Source: Malacoraja senta
Taxonomy: Eukaryota
Length of the DNA stretch: 64,000 nucleotides
NCBI GenBank assembly: GCA_038087875.1
Contig: CM075977.1
Coordinates: 192,944,001-193,008,000 of the forward strand
Reading direction: 5' to 3'
A program made the translations under genes and the position numbers. The notes beneath the pieces were generated by a model, which saw only the letters and a program-made list of their open reading frames with translations, made no database searches and was not told where the DNA came from. Shown here one piece after another: positions 37,707 through 50,401 of the stretch. Each line of letters starts with the position of its first letter. The stretch's first letter is position 1.

Positions 37707-37945
37707 TAGACAATAGACGATTGGTGCAGGAGTAGGCCATTCGGCCCTTCGAACAAGCACGCCATTAAATGTGATCATGGCTGATCATCCCCAATCAGTA
37801 CCCCGTTCCTGCCTTCTCCCCATAATCCCCTGGCTCCGCTATCTTTAAGAGTCCTATCTAGCTCTCTCTTGAAAGTATCCAGAGAACCGGCCTCCACCGC
37901 CTTCTGAGGCAGAGAATCCCACAGACCCACAGCTCGCTGTGTGAA
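37707..37945 (-). mobile_element. CR1 3' end
   Basis: 'FTQRAVGLWDSLPQKAVEA...FKRELD' and a (TATTGTC)n-type tail. Confidence 0.85.
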
Positions 37946-38039
37946 AATGGTGGAGTGTGCGTAAATTGTGGAGAATAGTCTGTTGAATATGGAAACTGAT
38001 TGAGTAGAAAGTGAGCTCTGGGGTAATTCTATTCTTATT

Positions 38040-38450
38040 TTGTCTGGAGGAGAAGGGGAGAGAGCAAAGGTGATGGAAAATGGATGAGCGTCAGTCAATG
38101 GCTTCATTAATGGTGGAACGGGGAAACTATGGATCAGGAAGACATTTCAGAGGCACCTTTATAGAAAGTTTCATCATTGGAGGAAATATGGCAGAGAATG
38201 AGGAACTGGGAGAATGGAATAGAGTCCTTACAGGAGGCAGAATAGGTTGAAGAGTAATCAAGATACCGTGGGAGTTGGTAGGTTTTGTAATAGATTAGTA
38301 GCTAGCCTATCTCCCGAATGGATATTGAGAGATTCAGAAAAGGAAGGTAAGTGTCATGGATCCAGATAGTGAAGATCAGAGCCGGGTGGAAATTGGCAAC
38401 AAAAGTAATGAGATTGACAAGTTCTGCATCGGTATAGGAAGCAGAACCAC
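38040..38450 (-). mobile_element. Degraded PLE RT C-terminal fragment
   Basis: Minus strand reads 'YYKPTNSHGILITL...ASCKDSIPFSQFL', like PLE 'YxKPT.SH..LDY.S.HP..CK..IP.SQFLR'. Confidence 0.65.
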
Positions 38451-39889
38451 TCCAGGAGTGCTTCACTGTCTGCTGTTAATATGTCATTGCTTATAGACTG
38501 AAGCTTCCACTGATGAGTGAGAAAATAATTCGTATTTATTGTGATTCTGTCTGCAAGTATGTGCAAAACTGCTTCAAATAAAAATGTTGCGAGGAAAACA
38601 AACTTCCACTTCAGTTCAGGAATGGGAGTGTAGAGAAAGTAAATTGTCCGTCATTGTCCAGCAAAGCTCACAGTGACATATCTGTGCAGTCTGCCATGGA
38701 TCTCAGGACTTGATTGCACCATGCGCTGATCACATCAACTCAACTCAATCCAACTGAACACCGAGCCAACAAACCAATTTATGACAACTGTGCTTGATTA
38801 TGAGTGTCAGTTGCACTGTAGCAACACAAAGGACAACCCCTCTGGCAAACCCACCCTCACACTCAGCCCTTGTTTTACAGGAAACTGATAGAATCGAAGC
38901 TGGGAAGTCCTAACACAATTGTCGATCGTACATCCACCCCATCGCAGAACCAACCTCTTTTGTTTCTGTATCAACAGCTGTCCTCTCCCCTGCTTAATTT
39001 TTGCCTGTTGCTGGGAATATCCTCATCCAGCCTTGACACTCTAACCACACGTCTAGTTGCTCTCCCTCTGACAGTTCTACATAATCTTGAGGTAATCCAG
39101 AGATTTGTTTCCTATCCCTCCGCATTTACTGATCTACACTGTATCATCTGTACTTTTTTTTTTGTACACATATATTTTCAAATTGTGTACTAAAATGTTC
39201 AGATTGTGAACTTTCTAAAATGTCAGTACTTTTCCAATCCTGGCCCTTTGATCATGCATGAATTTAATTGTACCTCCATCAGTGGCTGTATCTTTCGCTG
39301 TCAAGGGTCTAAGTTCTGGAGTTTACTTCTTAAATACATTTGCTTCTTTAATTGCTCATTTTTCATTTTAAACCTCTCACTTTTTCCAAAGTTTTGGTAA
39401 TTTGCCCTCATATCTCCTTATTTGGTTTGGCATGAACCTATTCTCTCTACTCCTTTGATGAAGTTTAGGCACTTTTCTGTATTAAAGTTGCCTCAATTGT
39501 TGATATATAATGTTCCAAAAGTCACACGTACATTCTTACTTCACATCTCAAATATGTGCAGAGCAACTCAAAGATCAAAGAACAGATGTGAGACCCCTCA
39601 CAGCTGTCTAGTTCTATCTCCTTCTCAAGGCACATTGTATGAGCACAACATTTATTCAGAAAGTTAATATAAAGTTAGTTGTAAAATCAACAATGGGGTA
39701 TTATAATTAAAGAGACTTCATGATATTTTATTTTTAATGGTGCATGTTGCAGTGGTCCCTGTAATTGTTTTCCAAGAGTTAAATACATTCTCCGCTTAAT
39801 TTACCCAGAATAATGCTTTATCTCTAGCTGGTGATTTATTAATGGCGTTAATGACTCCAATGTTTACCATTGCCCTATTTACAGAATAA

Positions 39890-40430
39890 ATAAATCAAAA
39901 TACACTTTATTCATAAAATTATACAATATATATACAATACGGAACATTTATGCCAGCATCTTCTTACCACTTAAAGTTATTATTCTTATCACTTAAAGTT
40001 AGCGTAACGTCAGTTGTTATTTATGTACAATGCATGAGCAAACTGTTCGTGGGATTTCAATGCAGATTCTAACCACATGGTGTGCAATGGTGACAAGGCC
40101 ATAAATGGTGGCCCTTCTCCATTGATCCCTTACAGTGACTCACCCAGCTTCAATGCATCTCTCAGCACAAAGAGTTGCAGCACTTTGTTGTGGACAGCAA
40201 CTTGCTCTGGAGGACCAATGATTTTGGGCAGGCCAGTAGGCGATATTTATCAGTTGCTGGTTCTCCAGCAGTTTACATTGGAGCACAGCACTGGCCAAAA
40301 CTGCCCCTCACATCATATGCACAACAACTTAGCCAAGAAGATTCTTTGTGGCTCTGAGGAATATTTAACAAACCCTGTGCCAGCAAGGCGGGGGTGGCTA
40401 TTCATCTAAAGCAGGCTCTCACATTTGCTC
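39890..40430 (-). mobile_element. Tx1-like (L1 clade) LINE 3' fragment
   Basis: Minus strand 'VLRDALKLG' near the ORF end, then a 3' UTR ending TTTTATGAATAAAGTGTATTTT. Confidence 0.5.
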
Positions 40431-40529
40431 TCTTCAACTATGGATGCCACAAAATACTTTCACAAATGTTTCACTTGGAATTAGCAAAGATGCCTGTGCT
40501 GTGACAAATAACACTGTGACAATGACTTT

Positions 40530-41780
40530 ATGTTCTATTAAAGTAATACTGTTGAAGGATGCTGGAGAGGAATGTATTGGTCATCTTTAAAGAAGGATAA
40601 AGGCACCTTTTAATTCTAGCTACAAAGAATATGTGGGAGCTCTTTTTTAAATCTTCTCTTAATGACTGCACAGGGGTTGCACTTCCGCATGTCAAAGCTA
40701 GACAGGTCTTGCTTATTAAGTGGTAGAGGCCTGGAGAATGGTGCAAAATGGGAAGATCTGGGAGTACTGGTGCATACTTCCTGAAAATGATGAGTCAGGT
40801 AGCCAATGTGTGAAGAAGGCATTTGGCACGCTTGTCCTCATTGGGCAAAGTATTGAGTGCAAAGGTTGGACCATCATGATGCATCTGTATGTTGTTGGTG
40901 AGACCACGTTTGCTGTACTGTGTAGAAAGAAGGAACTGCAATGCTGGTTAATTTAAAAAAAAGACAAAGTGCTAAAGTAACTCAGCAGGTCGAGCAGCAT
41001 CTTGCTTTGTAGTATGCAGTTCTGGTTGTTCATCTATAGGAAGGGTGTAATTACGTTGGAAAGGAAATATAGAGTTATACAGGCCAGCACAGAAACAGGC
41101 CTTTCGGCCCAACTCGTCCATGTAGACAAAAATGCACCATTTGAGCTTGATTGCAGCCTTGTTATTGAGAGAGTCTGGAAAAGTTAGTAATGTGCAAGAT
41201 CATGAGGGGTATGAATAAAGTGCTTGCTCACAGTCTTTTTCCCAGGGTAGAGGATTCTAAATCTAGTGGGCATTGGCTTAAAGTTAAAGGTGAAAGATCT
41301 AAGAGGGACTGCAGGAGTAACTTTTTCACTCAAAGGTTACTGCAGTATATCTGGAATTAACTGCCAGAGGAAGCTGTAGAAGAATTAAAATGACAACTTT
41401 TAAAACACATTTGGGCAGAGATGTGGACAAGAGGAGTATGGAAGGCTATGGACCAAATGCAGGAAAACAGGACGAGCCAGTGTGCCAACTCGTCAGAAAA
41501 GGACAAGGTGGGCTGAAGAGCCTGTTTCCAAGCTGTATGATAGCTCTATGATTCTATGATATTATAGCTCTGCTCACTCTTGGTACAGCCTCTACAAAAA
41601 TACAACATTCCTCCATACTTTCCCTTTGATAATGCAGCATTCCATTAGTACTTCCCCTCCGCCAGTCTGGAGTTCCCATAGCATTTCCCCCATAACTATC
41701 CATGCACCCTCAGTGCTGCATAGTATCTGTGTTTTGAGGGCGAGGTAGCGTTTGTCTTTCCTGGCTATTCTGGCTGTGTG
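40530..41780 (+). repeat. Direct segmental duplication, copy 1 (1.25 kb)
   Basis: Highly similar to 49155-50401, including nested repeat junctions. Confidence 0.95.
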
Positions 41781-42191
41781 AACATTGAGAATTTTGGCAG
41801 TGTCGACCATCAGAGCAGGTGGTTCATTTTACAACATTCAACCGTTTGTTGAAGAGAAACACAAACAGTGCATAAATCAGAAATGAAGGGAGCCATGGCT
41901 GCACTGTGCCACTGTCAGTTCACTCCAGCAGCAGCTCCCACATAGCCCTTCTTTTGTGGTATAGAATAGTAAGATTAAACGAGAACTTACCAGTTTGAAG
42001 TTTGATCTTTATTTTATGAGGAGTTACGTTGGTGATTACGTGAAGACCCGTCAGGGCGCATGCGCGTCAATCTTCAAAGCAGCAGTATGAAATCACAGTC
42101 CACACAATAATTGAAGTAACATATTAAGATGAGAAACATGAGAACTACCATTATGACCTTTATTCTATGAGAGAGGGTTGGGCGTGGCGGG

Positions 42192-42303
42192 CACGTAATC
42201 ACCAACGTAACTCCTCATAAAATAAAGATCAAACTTCAAACTGGTAAGTTCTCGTTTAATCTTACTATTTTACTTCGGAGTCACGTGAGTGACTACGTGA
42301 AGA
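42192..42303. repeat. DIRS internal complementary region (ICR)
   Basis: 42192-42269 is the exact reverse complement of 41965-42042; 42267-42303 is the exact reverse complement of 46332-46368. Confidence 0.95.
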
Positions 42304-42543
42304 TTTTAAAGCTCTGTGATTTTTATGCCGCAGATCAAAATCCCGGCTTCTCACTGCATCGATTGACTGAGTATCATCAATAATGCTGTAAACATGACAT
42401 TGCATATCATGCAAAAACAAAACAGTTTTATTTTTGGTCATAAAACAACCAATAAACCCTCTTAATGTAGGGCAACAAACGAAACAGAATGAAACAGTAT
42501 TGAAAACAGACTTTAAACAATAGCAACAGCACTCAATATTGAG

Positions 42544-43500
42544 TTAGCAAACAGCCCTCCATCGGCAATCGGCCGATGGTAGTATTGCTGAAAACACAAG
42601 TTCATTTTTCCAACCTGCGGCTTTTAATATATGGTCGATGGGAACGTCCATCGCCCTGGCCGCGGATGTTGCTACTGCGCTAGTGGAATGCGATGTAAAC
42701 ACATAAATGTTAATTCCTGCCTGAACCAACTCTTGCTTTAACCACCTTGAGATAGTCTGAACTGCCACTCTTTTATGTTGGCTTTTTGTAACTGACAAAT
42801 AATCCTGTTTCTTCTTGTCTTAAAGCCCTTGTGGCTTCAATGTAATGTAACAAATGTGTCCTTACACATAAACATGGAGCTGTAGGATATGCTGAGAACA
42901 CAATCTTAAAACCTGTCTCACCTGGCCTGCTTTGTTTGAGCAGGTCAGAAATATAAAACAGAACATTCTCTGTATTCACTTCCATTCTCTCGAACTGAAG
43001 TTTTTTGGAAAATCTGCACTCTCTGTACTGACACCAATGCCATTAGCATAGCCAATTTCATGGTTAATTTTAACAAAGTTATAGCCGTGACAGGGACCCA
43101 ATGACGAAGTATGTTACGAACAACACTTACCTCGCAGATTACCATATACCTAGGCTTAGGCGGTTTGGAATTAGATTCTTTTCATCAACCTAGATATGAG
43201 AGGGTGAGAACCTATACTTTGTGTCCGTGTACCTATTACAAGATATGCGGACAAAGCACTTCTAGCTGTATTGATAGCAGTATAGCTAAGACCTTCATCA
43301 TAATAAAGTGTAGATAAACTCTAACACATTTTCAATAATTACAGTATCATATTGAATATTCTTTTGAACACAATATTGTTCCTTTTTTTTTCTTTTTTTC
43401 CCCATAAGTCATATACTGTTTTTGAGTACTCTTTCTCCAGACTGCAGCGAGTATATACACCGTTGGCCTAGAAAGTCCTCGACCAATGTAAGGCATTCTT
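42544..43500 (-). pseudogene. DIRS tyrosine recombinase (frameshifted)
   Basis: 'KLAMLMALVSVQRVQ', 'LLKQSRPG', 'TISRWLK', 'FTSHSTSAVATSAA...ILKAAGW' (HxxR and GW motifs, R mutated). Confidence 0.88.
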
Positions 43501-43609
43501 GAAACCTGCAAACTAACAGATCCATACCGTCACATAACGGATGAACTTAATGCGTTACTGGATGCTCCAGCAAATTCCTACTGTTTGGAATCAGCAAAAA
43601 GAGGTTGGA

Positions 43610-43820
43610 TCGCTATCTGTAACATCAAAGGGAACCATGGTTGAATCAGGCAATTTGGTATCACCAAAACACCTGAAGCGGCATCCTGCTTGATTTTCTC
43701 AAACACCGACCTATGAGGCAGAATGGTGGGAAAATGTACACAAACATATCATCCCAATTTAGTGAAAAAACATCAATTGCCACTGCCCCTGGATCTGGTG
43801 CCTATGAAACATATTTTGGC
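43610..43820 (-). pseudogene. DIRS Dam-like methyltransferase domain remnant
   Basis: 'PKYVS*APDPGAVAIDVFSLNW..FVYIFPPFCLIGRCL / KIKQDAASGVLVIP...QPWFP'. Confidence 0.75.
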
Positions 43821-43899
43821 CTTCCATATAGAAATACTATGTTCTTGAACACATCCTGGTTCCACATCCACTCTGTGTTATGATGGAATTTTCATGAAC

Positions 43900-45100
43900 T
43901 GCCATCTGGTACTACATTAAGTTTCCCTGGCAGATAGATAGCTCCAATCCAAATCTCTCTATCCCTACTCCAGGTCCAATTGTATTTGCCAACCTGTCAC
44001 ATGATAACGATTTGATTCCACCCATGTGATTCATATCAGCAACTGCTGCAGTGTTGTCTATTTTGCACTGCACATGCAAACTAGTTTAGTTAGTGCCATA
44101 AGCCTTGAGTCCATAAAATACTCTTGGTTAATTCCCCATGTATGCAGAAGCAATGTTCATCTGTCTCCACCGCTGGATCTTGTATCAGTAGCACCCTACC
44201 CAAGTGCTCTGACATCTGTCTGCAAATCATGGAAGCTTGGTCCAATAACACTTTGGAACTACTAGTGGACACATGCTGAATCCACCATTGTACATCAGCA
44301 ACAGCCTCTTTTGATAGAAGCATAGGTCTATTATAATGACCCCAATGTATCCTCAATGCTTGTTCCTTTGACCTTTGTAATTGTAGATAATAAAGTGGCC
44401 ATATTGAACTGCTGGAAATGCTGCCAGCCATTACCACAGTAGTCTTGTCACCTGGCTAATTGAAGGCTGTGAGTTAGCAATTAACTTGATATAGCTCTTA
44501 ATTAGCTGTATCCTTTTTTGCCTGGGCAAGGTCACAATGATGTTGATTAAGTCCATTGTGAACCCAACTAGTCAATTTATGTCACAGGTATAAATTTAGA
44601 TTCCTCAGAATAGCTTATAAAGCCCAATTAAAATTGGTTTTTACCAACTGCCACTGATGCTTCAGCTGTTTCCTTTGATTGTCCTACAATCAAGATATTA
44701 TTTAGCTAAGCCATGAGCATGACCTTGACTTGGCATAATTCCCCATCCAGCTGAATTTTAAATCTATCCTGCAAATGAACAGACACTGAATCCGCATCTT
44801 TAAGATCTCCTTCACAAACGTTTCCATCTTAAAATGTCTATACCGTACAAAAGGGTTAAACCTATTCAGGTCTGTATAATTCTGCATCCCCCCATCCTTT
44901 TTTGGTCTGGGAAAGATAGTGGACACAAACTGATGGGTTTGGTAAACTGCCTTAGCAATTACACCTTTATTACATAAGCTTGCAAGTTCCAGCTGAACTT
45001 CCAATTGTTCAGTGATACTGAAGTCAAACTCCTTTTTTGGAACATGTTGCATGGGTAAATCAGAATTTGCATTTAAGCTTTATTCGATGCCCTTGAATAA
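43900..45100 (-). pseudogene. DIRS reverse transcriptase/RNase H (degenerate)
   Basis: 'GVIAK...FVSTIFPRPKKDGG...DLNRFNPFVRYRHFKMET' and 'DVQWW'. Confidence 0.88.
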
Positions 45101-45611
45101 CCTTCAGTATAAACATATCTGAGGTAAACATTTAATTGTATCACATTAGATCTGTCTACATGAGAACCAGACCCTCTTACCTCCTTACCACCTGGCATTC
45201 TTCCCCGGCCTTGAGCTGGATATCTCACCTCCGTGGCGGTGCTACAGCCGAACGCCAACTGCGCTGCATCGTAGCTGGACTCGTCCCTTGCCCGGACCAG
45301 TCTGCTCCCTTATAGGGATACTTCCGCTTTGGTGAATATGTGGCTGCCGTCTTAGCCTCCTCCTCCAGCTCCTTCACCTGCTGTGCGAAATCCTCGCCAA
45401 ACAGCTGTGCCAGTTGCACTGTGCCAGGCTGGCATTTATGCTGGTGGCAAGTTCCTCACCCAGAGGCTCACCAGCATCCGACGACATGGCAAACCGTGCT
45501 ACACACGGTGTCAGCTCTAACAGCTGCCTGCCCTCCCTTTGGACGTCGTCGGACTCAGGGTCAGAGCGTATCTGCCCTTCTGCACTCACCTCTTGCAAAG
45601 AGGGTGCTTTC

Positions 45612-45852
45612 AAGCAGGCCTCTACTAGGCACTGCCAGCGGAGCCGTCCCCACGGCCTCCCGCCTGCACAACTCCTCCTGGAGTATGGCTTTACGAAGCA
45701 GGCCTCTCCAAGGCACTGCCAGCAGAGCCTTCCATAAGGCTTCCCGCCTGCACAACTCCTCCTGGAGTTGTGACTTTATGAGGCAGACCTATCCTAGGCA
45801 CTGCCAGTGGAGCCTTCTCTGTGGCTTCCCACCTGCACTACTCCTCCTGGAG
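45612..45852. repeat. Three ~84-bp tandem repeats in the DIRS gag region
   Basis: Units start at 45612, 45696 and 45781 (…GGCACTGCCAG…GCCTGCACAACTCCTCCTGGAG). Confidence 0.9.
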
Positions 45853-46494
45853 CGTCTCTGTGGAGCAGCCCCTGTATGAGCTGCTCCTTTTGGATAACCG
45901 CTGGGGAACGGTATCCTGTCCCCAACGGGACTCTCGTGGCCCGACTCTGCGGAGTCTATAGCCCTGACAGACTTGGCGTATGCCGACCGCCCGACTGGCG
46001 TTGGCTGTGTACCCGGCTGGGCACTTTCCGAAGTCTGTCGCCGCACCGCTACCGGCTTGCGACTCCCCCGAGGTGACAGGCTGCCTTTCAGAGACTGCGC
46101 TCCCGCAGCTCTCTCTCTCCTTGTCAGCAGCAGCCTGCACCTTTCCCTTGTTCCTGCATATGGGGGCAAAAACAGACAGAAACAATTTCTATACTTTCTT
46201 ATAACTCCTCCAAAGTCTCCCCGACTTTGGTGGAGTTGTATTTACTCACGTTGCAGCAGGACGTCCGTGCTCCTGCTGCCGTTCGCACCAATGCGTCCGA
46301 CGTAATGACGCGCATGCGCCCTGACGGGTCTTCTTCACGTAGTCACTCACGTGACTCCGAAGTAAAATGGAGGACATGAGCACATTGATGTAAGGGAGCA
46401 GAGTGACTTCACTATTGTTATTTGGTGCGAAACAAACTTCAAGAGGCCATTTCTCACTGTACCTTCAGATTTAATTATTATATGGGATGTCTCA

Positions 46495-46696
46495 CAAGGA
46501 CACACACACAATATACACAACATACACATACACGTGCACACATGCATGCACACAGATTCATATCCATACAGAAGACCTCATACATATTCCTGCTGACATG
46601 CAGATACACAGAGGCATACACATGCATATACATACATGTGGACAAGTGTGTGTGCACACATATGTATTTGCACATGCAGACACATACATGCACATG
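46495..46696. repeat. Degenerate (CA/TA/TG) microsatellite
   Basis: Alternating purine-pyrimidine tract. Confidence 0.85.
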
Positions 46697-47269
46697 TCTC
46701 GGATCAGCACCCAGCCACAGGATTTTGCCACTGACAAAGTTGCTCAGTGTCATTGACCAACAATTCAACCATCTGTAATTATCGTATTTTATTTATGATC
46801 TTCTCTCGATCAGAAATATAGAACATTGAAAAATACAGCGCAGGAACAAGCCCTTCAGCCCAGTGTCTGGTGCTAAGCATGATGCCAAGCTGATCTCCTG
46901 TGTCTACCTGTGATCCGTATTCCACCATTCCCTGCATATCCATGTACGTATCTAAAATCACTGAAATGTCACTATCGTGTCTTCTTCCACCACCTCCCCT
47001 GGCATCGCGTTCCAGGTGCCCACCACTCTCGTGTAAAAAGAATATGCCTTTAAACTCTTCCCTGTGTCATGAGGGACTTCTCAAATGCCTTACTAAAATT
47101 CATGTAAACAACCTTCGCACCTCCTCAAAAAACTCAAGTTAGTAAGACATAACTTGTCAAAGACAAAGCCACACTGAATGTCCTTGCAAACGAATGTACT
47201 GCAGATTACAGTGTTTAGTTCACAACTCCTCACATAATGCATACAACAAGAGTACTACAAAAAGTGCCC

Positions 47270-47720
47270 CGTCATTGAAACTCTGTGAGTATCATTGACA
47301 TTGCAGTGACAACTACCAGCAGGAGAGAGTCTGATGGTGTTCCCATCATCAAGCCCTCTGGGGATCACTATTGACTAGAAACTCTGCTGGACCAGCCACA
47401 TGACTACAATAACTACACAAGCAGGTCAAAGGCTTGGTATCCTGTGGTGAATGACTCGCCTCCTGACACTCTAAGGCCTTTTCACAAGAATGTCTGGAAT
47501 GTGATGAAATATACATTTTGAGAAATGAAATTCATGAGTGCAGCTCCAAGAATTCTCAGGAAGCTTCACATTATCCAGAAGGAAACAGCCCGGTTGGTTG
47601 GTTCCCCATCAAAATAAATCATCATTCCTTCCCTGTCACTAGCTCGAGTGTAAATCGTTAAATTCCCTTCCCTGTAGAACTATGGGAATACTCCTCCGTA
47701 AGGACTGAGACAGTTGAAGA
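47270..47720 (+). mobile_element. Old LINE RT C-terminal fragment
   Basis: Decayed 'LGITID*KLCWTSH...AGQRLGIL...LLT'. Confidence 0.6.
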
Positions 47721-49154
47721 AGGGCAATTATGGAAAGGGAATAATTGTTCGACTTGCTGGCTAATGGCCGGACCCTGAAAATAAAACCTTAAAAATACCC
47801 AGTCAGACATAAGCTTGCCGTTGCTGGGATGGTCAGAGAGACCGGTGGCCTGTCCACAGTGTTACTCTGTAGTTTGATGCAGTGGGGACATAGAGTGTGT
47901 TGAGGTGAATCTGGTCCCATTTCCTTCCCTCTTCCTGAATTTCAATTCTGCAGCTGTGCTGAACACCCCACCTGGTAAAACAGGTGAAGTTTTCATTCAC
48001 ATTCTGGATGGACTGCTCTTTGAGTTCACACTGGGTATCTTGTGCGTCAGTTGTAGAACAACGGTATTTGTACTTTTAGAATCTGTTTTCCCCACCCACT
48101 AGATTCCTATTGGTGTCATTGGTCCATGGTTTTGTTCCTTCCACTCTTGCCAACAGCTTGTTGCTGTATGTGAGAATGGATACAGGAACTAAACAGGACA
48201 ACCTCATAGCACTAACTTAATCCTTGTTTAAAATCCACGCCCCTCCACAGAAGGTACTTGACCTACTGAGAATCTCCAGCATTTTCTGTTTTTATTTTAT
48301 TAAGGCCTACAACATCTTCAGTATTTGGCTCTTCCATAATATGGTACATGATTTGTGTCTAATAATGCGCAGCTAGGCTGGAAACTGTGCAGTTTTGCAA
48401 TTGTGGGATGATTTGATTCAGTGGTGGAGAATAAATGGATGAATATATAAGTGAAAGATGTGAATGAATGACTGTGAAATATTGAGTAAGTGTGTGAGCA
48501 ACTTATAGAGGATGAATAAAGGAAAAATGTGAGTAAATGGGTGAAATGGTGCATGACTGAATAAGTGAGTGAATTAGTTCAAGAGTGTTTTATTGTCATA
48601 TGTCCCAAAATGGAACAATGAAATTCTTACTTGCAGCAGCACAACATATATGTAAACACAGTTTCCTGTAAACACCATAATAAACAACAAATAAAAGTTC
48701 AATGTATATATTGTGACAGCAGCCCCTCCCTTGGATGTCTCTCTGATCCCTTTAACTGGCTCACAGGCCGAACAAGGCCAATCCTCATCATTGATAACAG
48801 CTGGGTCCAATTAGCTGATTTTGGTGGCCACTTGAACCTTGTCAGCCTCCTCCCTCTGAAATCCAGGCATTTGAGCTTTTGGGGAGAAATAAGAAGAAGA
48901 AGAAAGAAGAGATCGCGGAAGGGAGACAAAGTAGAGCACCTCCACTAGCTGTGCTCCACAGTCACAGGTTTGAGGAAGACAGCTCTTTCTGCTCACGGAC
49001 ATCGAGGAACTGCGCCCACACACACACAGGCAAAATATGTCTCCCAGGATAATTCAGACTGCCAGTGTTGCCACTTCCAGACCAAGGCTGAGCTACCAGG
49101 AGGAAACCTGTACCATGAGCACCGTCTCTCAGTGTGAGGGTGAGGGTGAACATA

Positions 49155-50401
49155 ATGTTCTATTAAAGTAATACTGTTGAAGGATGCTGGAGAGGAATGT
49201 ATTGGTCATCTTTAAAGAAGGATAAAGGCACCTTTTAATTCTAGCTACAAAGAATATGTGGGAGCTCTTTTTAAAATCTCTTAATGACTGCACAGGCGTT
49301 GCACTTCCGCATGTCAAAGCTAGACAGGTCTTGCTTATTAAGTGGTAGAGGCCCGGAGAATGGTGCAAAATAGGGAGATCTGGGAGTACTGGTGCATACT
49401 TCCTGAAAATGATGAGTCAGGTAGCCAATGTGTGAAGAAGGCATTTGGCACGCTTGTCCTCATTGGGCAGGGTATTGAGTGCAAAGGTTGGACCATCATG
49501 ATGCATCTGTATGTTGTTGGTGAGACCACGTTTGCTGTACTGTGTAGAAAGAAGGAACTGCAATGCTGGTTCATTAAAAAAAAGACAGTGCTAAAGTAAC
49601 TCAGCAGGTCGAGCAGCATCTTGCTTTGTAGTATGCAGTTCTGGTTGTTCATCTATAGGAAGGGTGTAATTACATTGGAAAGGAAATATAGAGTTATACA
49701 GACCAGCACAGAATCAGGCCTTTCAGTCCAACTCATCCATGTAGACAAAAATGCACCATTTAAGCTTGATTGCAGCCTTGTTATTGAGAGAGTCTGGAAA
49801 AGTTAGTAATGTGCAAGATCATGAGGGGTATGAATAAAGTGCTTGCTCACAGTCTTTTTCCCAGGGTAGAGGATTCTAAATCTAGTGGGCATTGGCTTAA
49901 AGTTAAAGGGGAAAGATCTAAGAGGGACTGCAGGAGTAACTTTTTCACTCAAAGGTTACTACAGTATATCTGGAATGAACTGCCAGAGGAAGTTATAGAA
50001 GAATTAAAATGACAACTTTTAAAAGACATTTGGGCAGAGATGTGGACAAGAGGAGTTTGGAAGGCTATGGACCAAATGCAGGAAAATAGGATGAGCCAGT
50101 GTGCCAGGTGGGCTGAAGGGCCTGTTTCCAAGCTGTATAGCTCTATGATTCTATGATATTATAGCTCTATGATTCTATGATATTATAGCTCTGCTCACTC
50201 TTGGTACAGCCTCTACAAAAATACAACATTCCTCCATACTTTCCCTTTGATACTGCAGCTTTCCATTAGTACTTCCCCTCTGCCAGTCTGGAGTTCCCAT
50301 AGCATTTCCCCTAGAACTATGCATGCACCCTCAGTGCTGCATAGTGTCTGTGTTTTGAGGGTGAGGTAGCGTTTGTCTTTCCTAGCTATCCTTGATGTGT
50401 G
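49155..50401 (+). repeat. Direct segmental duplication, copy 2
   Basis: Matches 40530-41780, with small indels including an extra ~24-bp tandem unit near 50140-50190. Confidence 0.95.

Larger units (their letters stand above)
41965..46368 (-). mobile_element. DIRS1-like tyrosine-recombinase retrotransposon, full length (~4.4 kb)
   Basis: Inverted terminal repeats; ICR (42192-42303) complementary to both termini; terminal ATT trinucleotide; gag/RT/RNaseH/MT/YR remnants. Confidence 0.95.

Noticed and set aside
46347-46778. Cys/His-rich ORFs
   Set aside because: Translations of the CA/TG microsatellite.
40530-50401. 1.25-kb direct repeats as LTRs of one retroelement
   Set aside because: No TG..CA termini, PBS/PPT or TSD. 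The repeats consist of old nested LINE/SINE debris, and the internal RT belongs to a self-contained DIRS.
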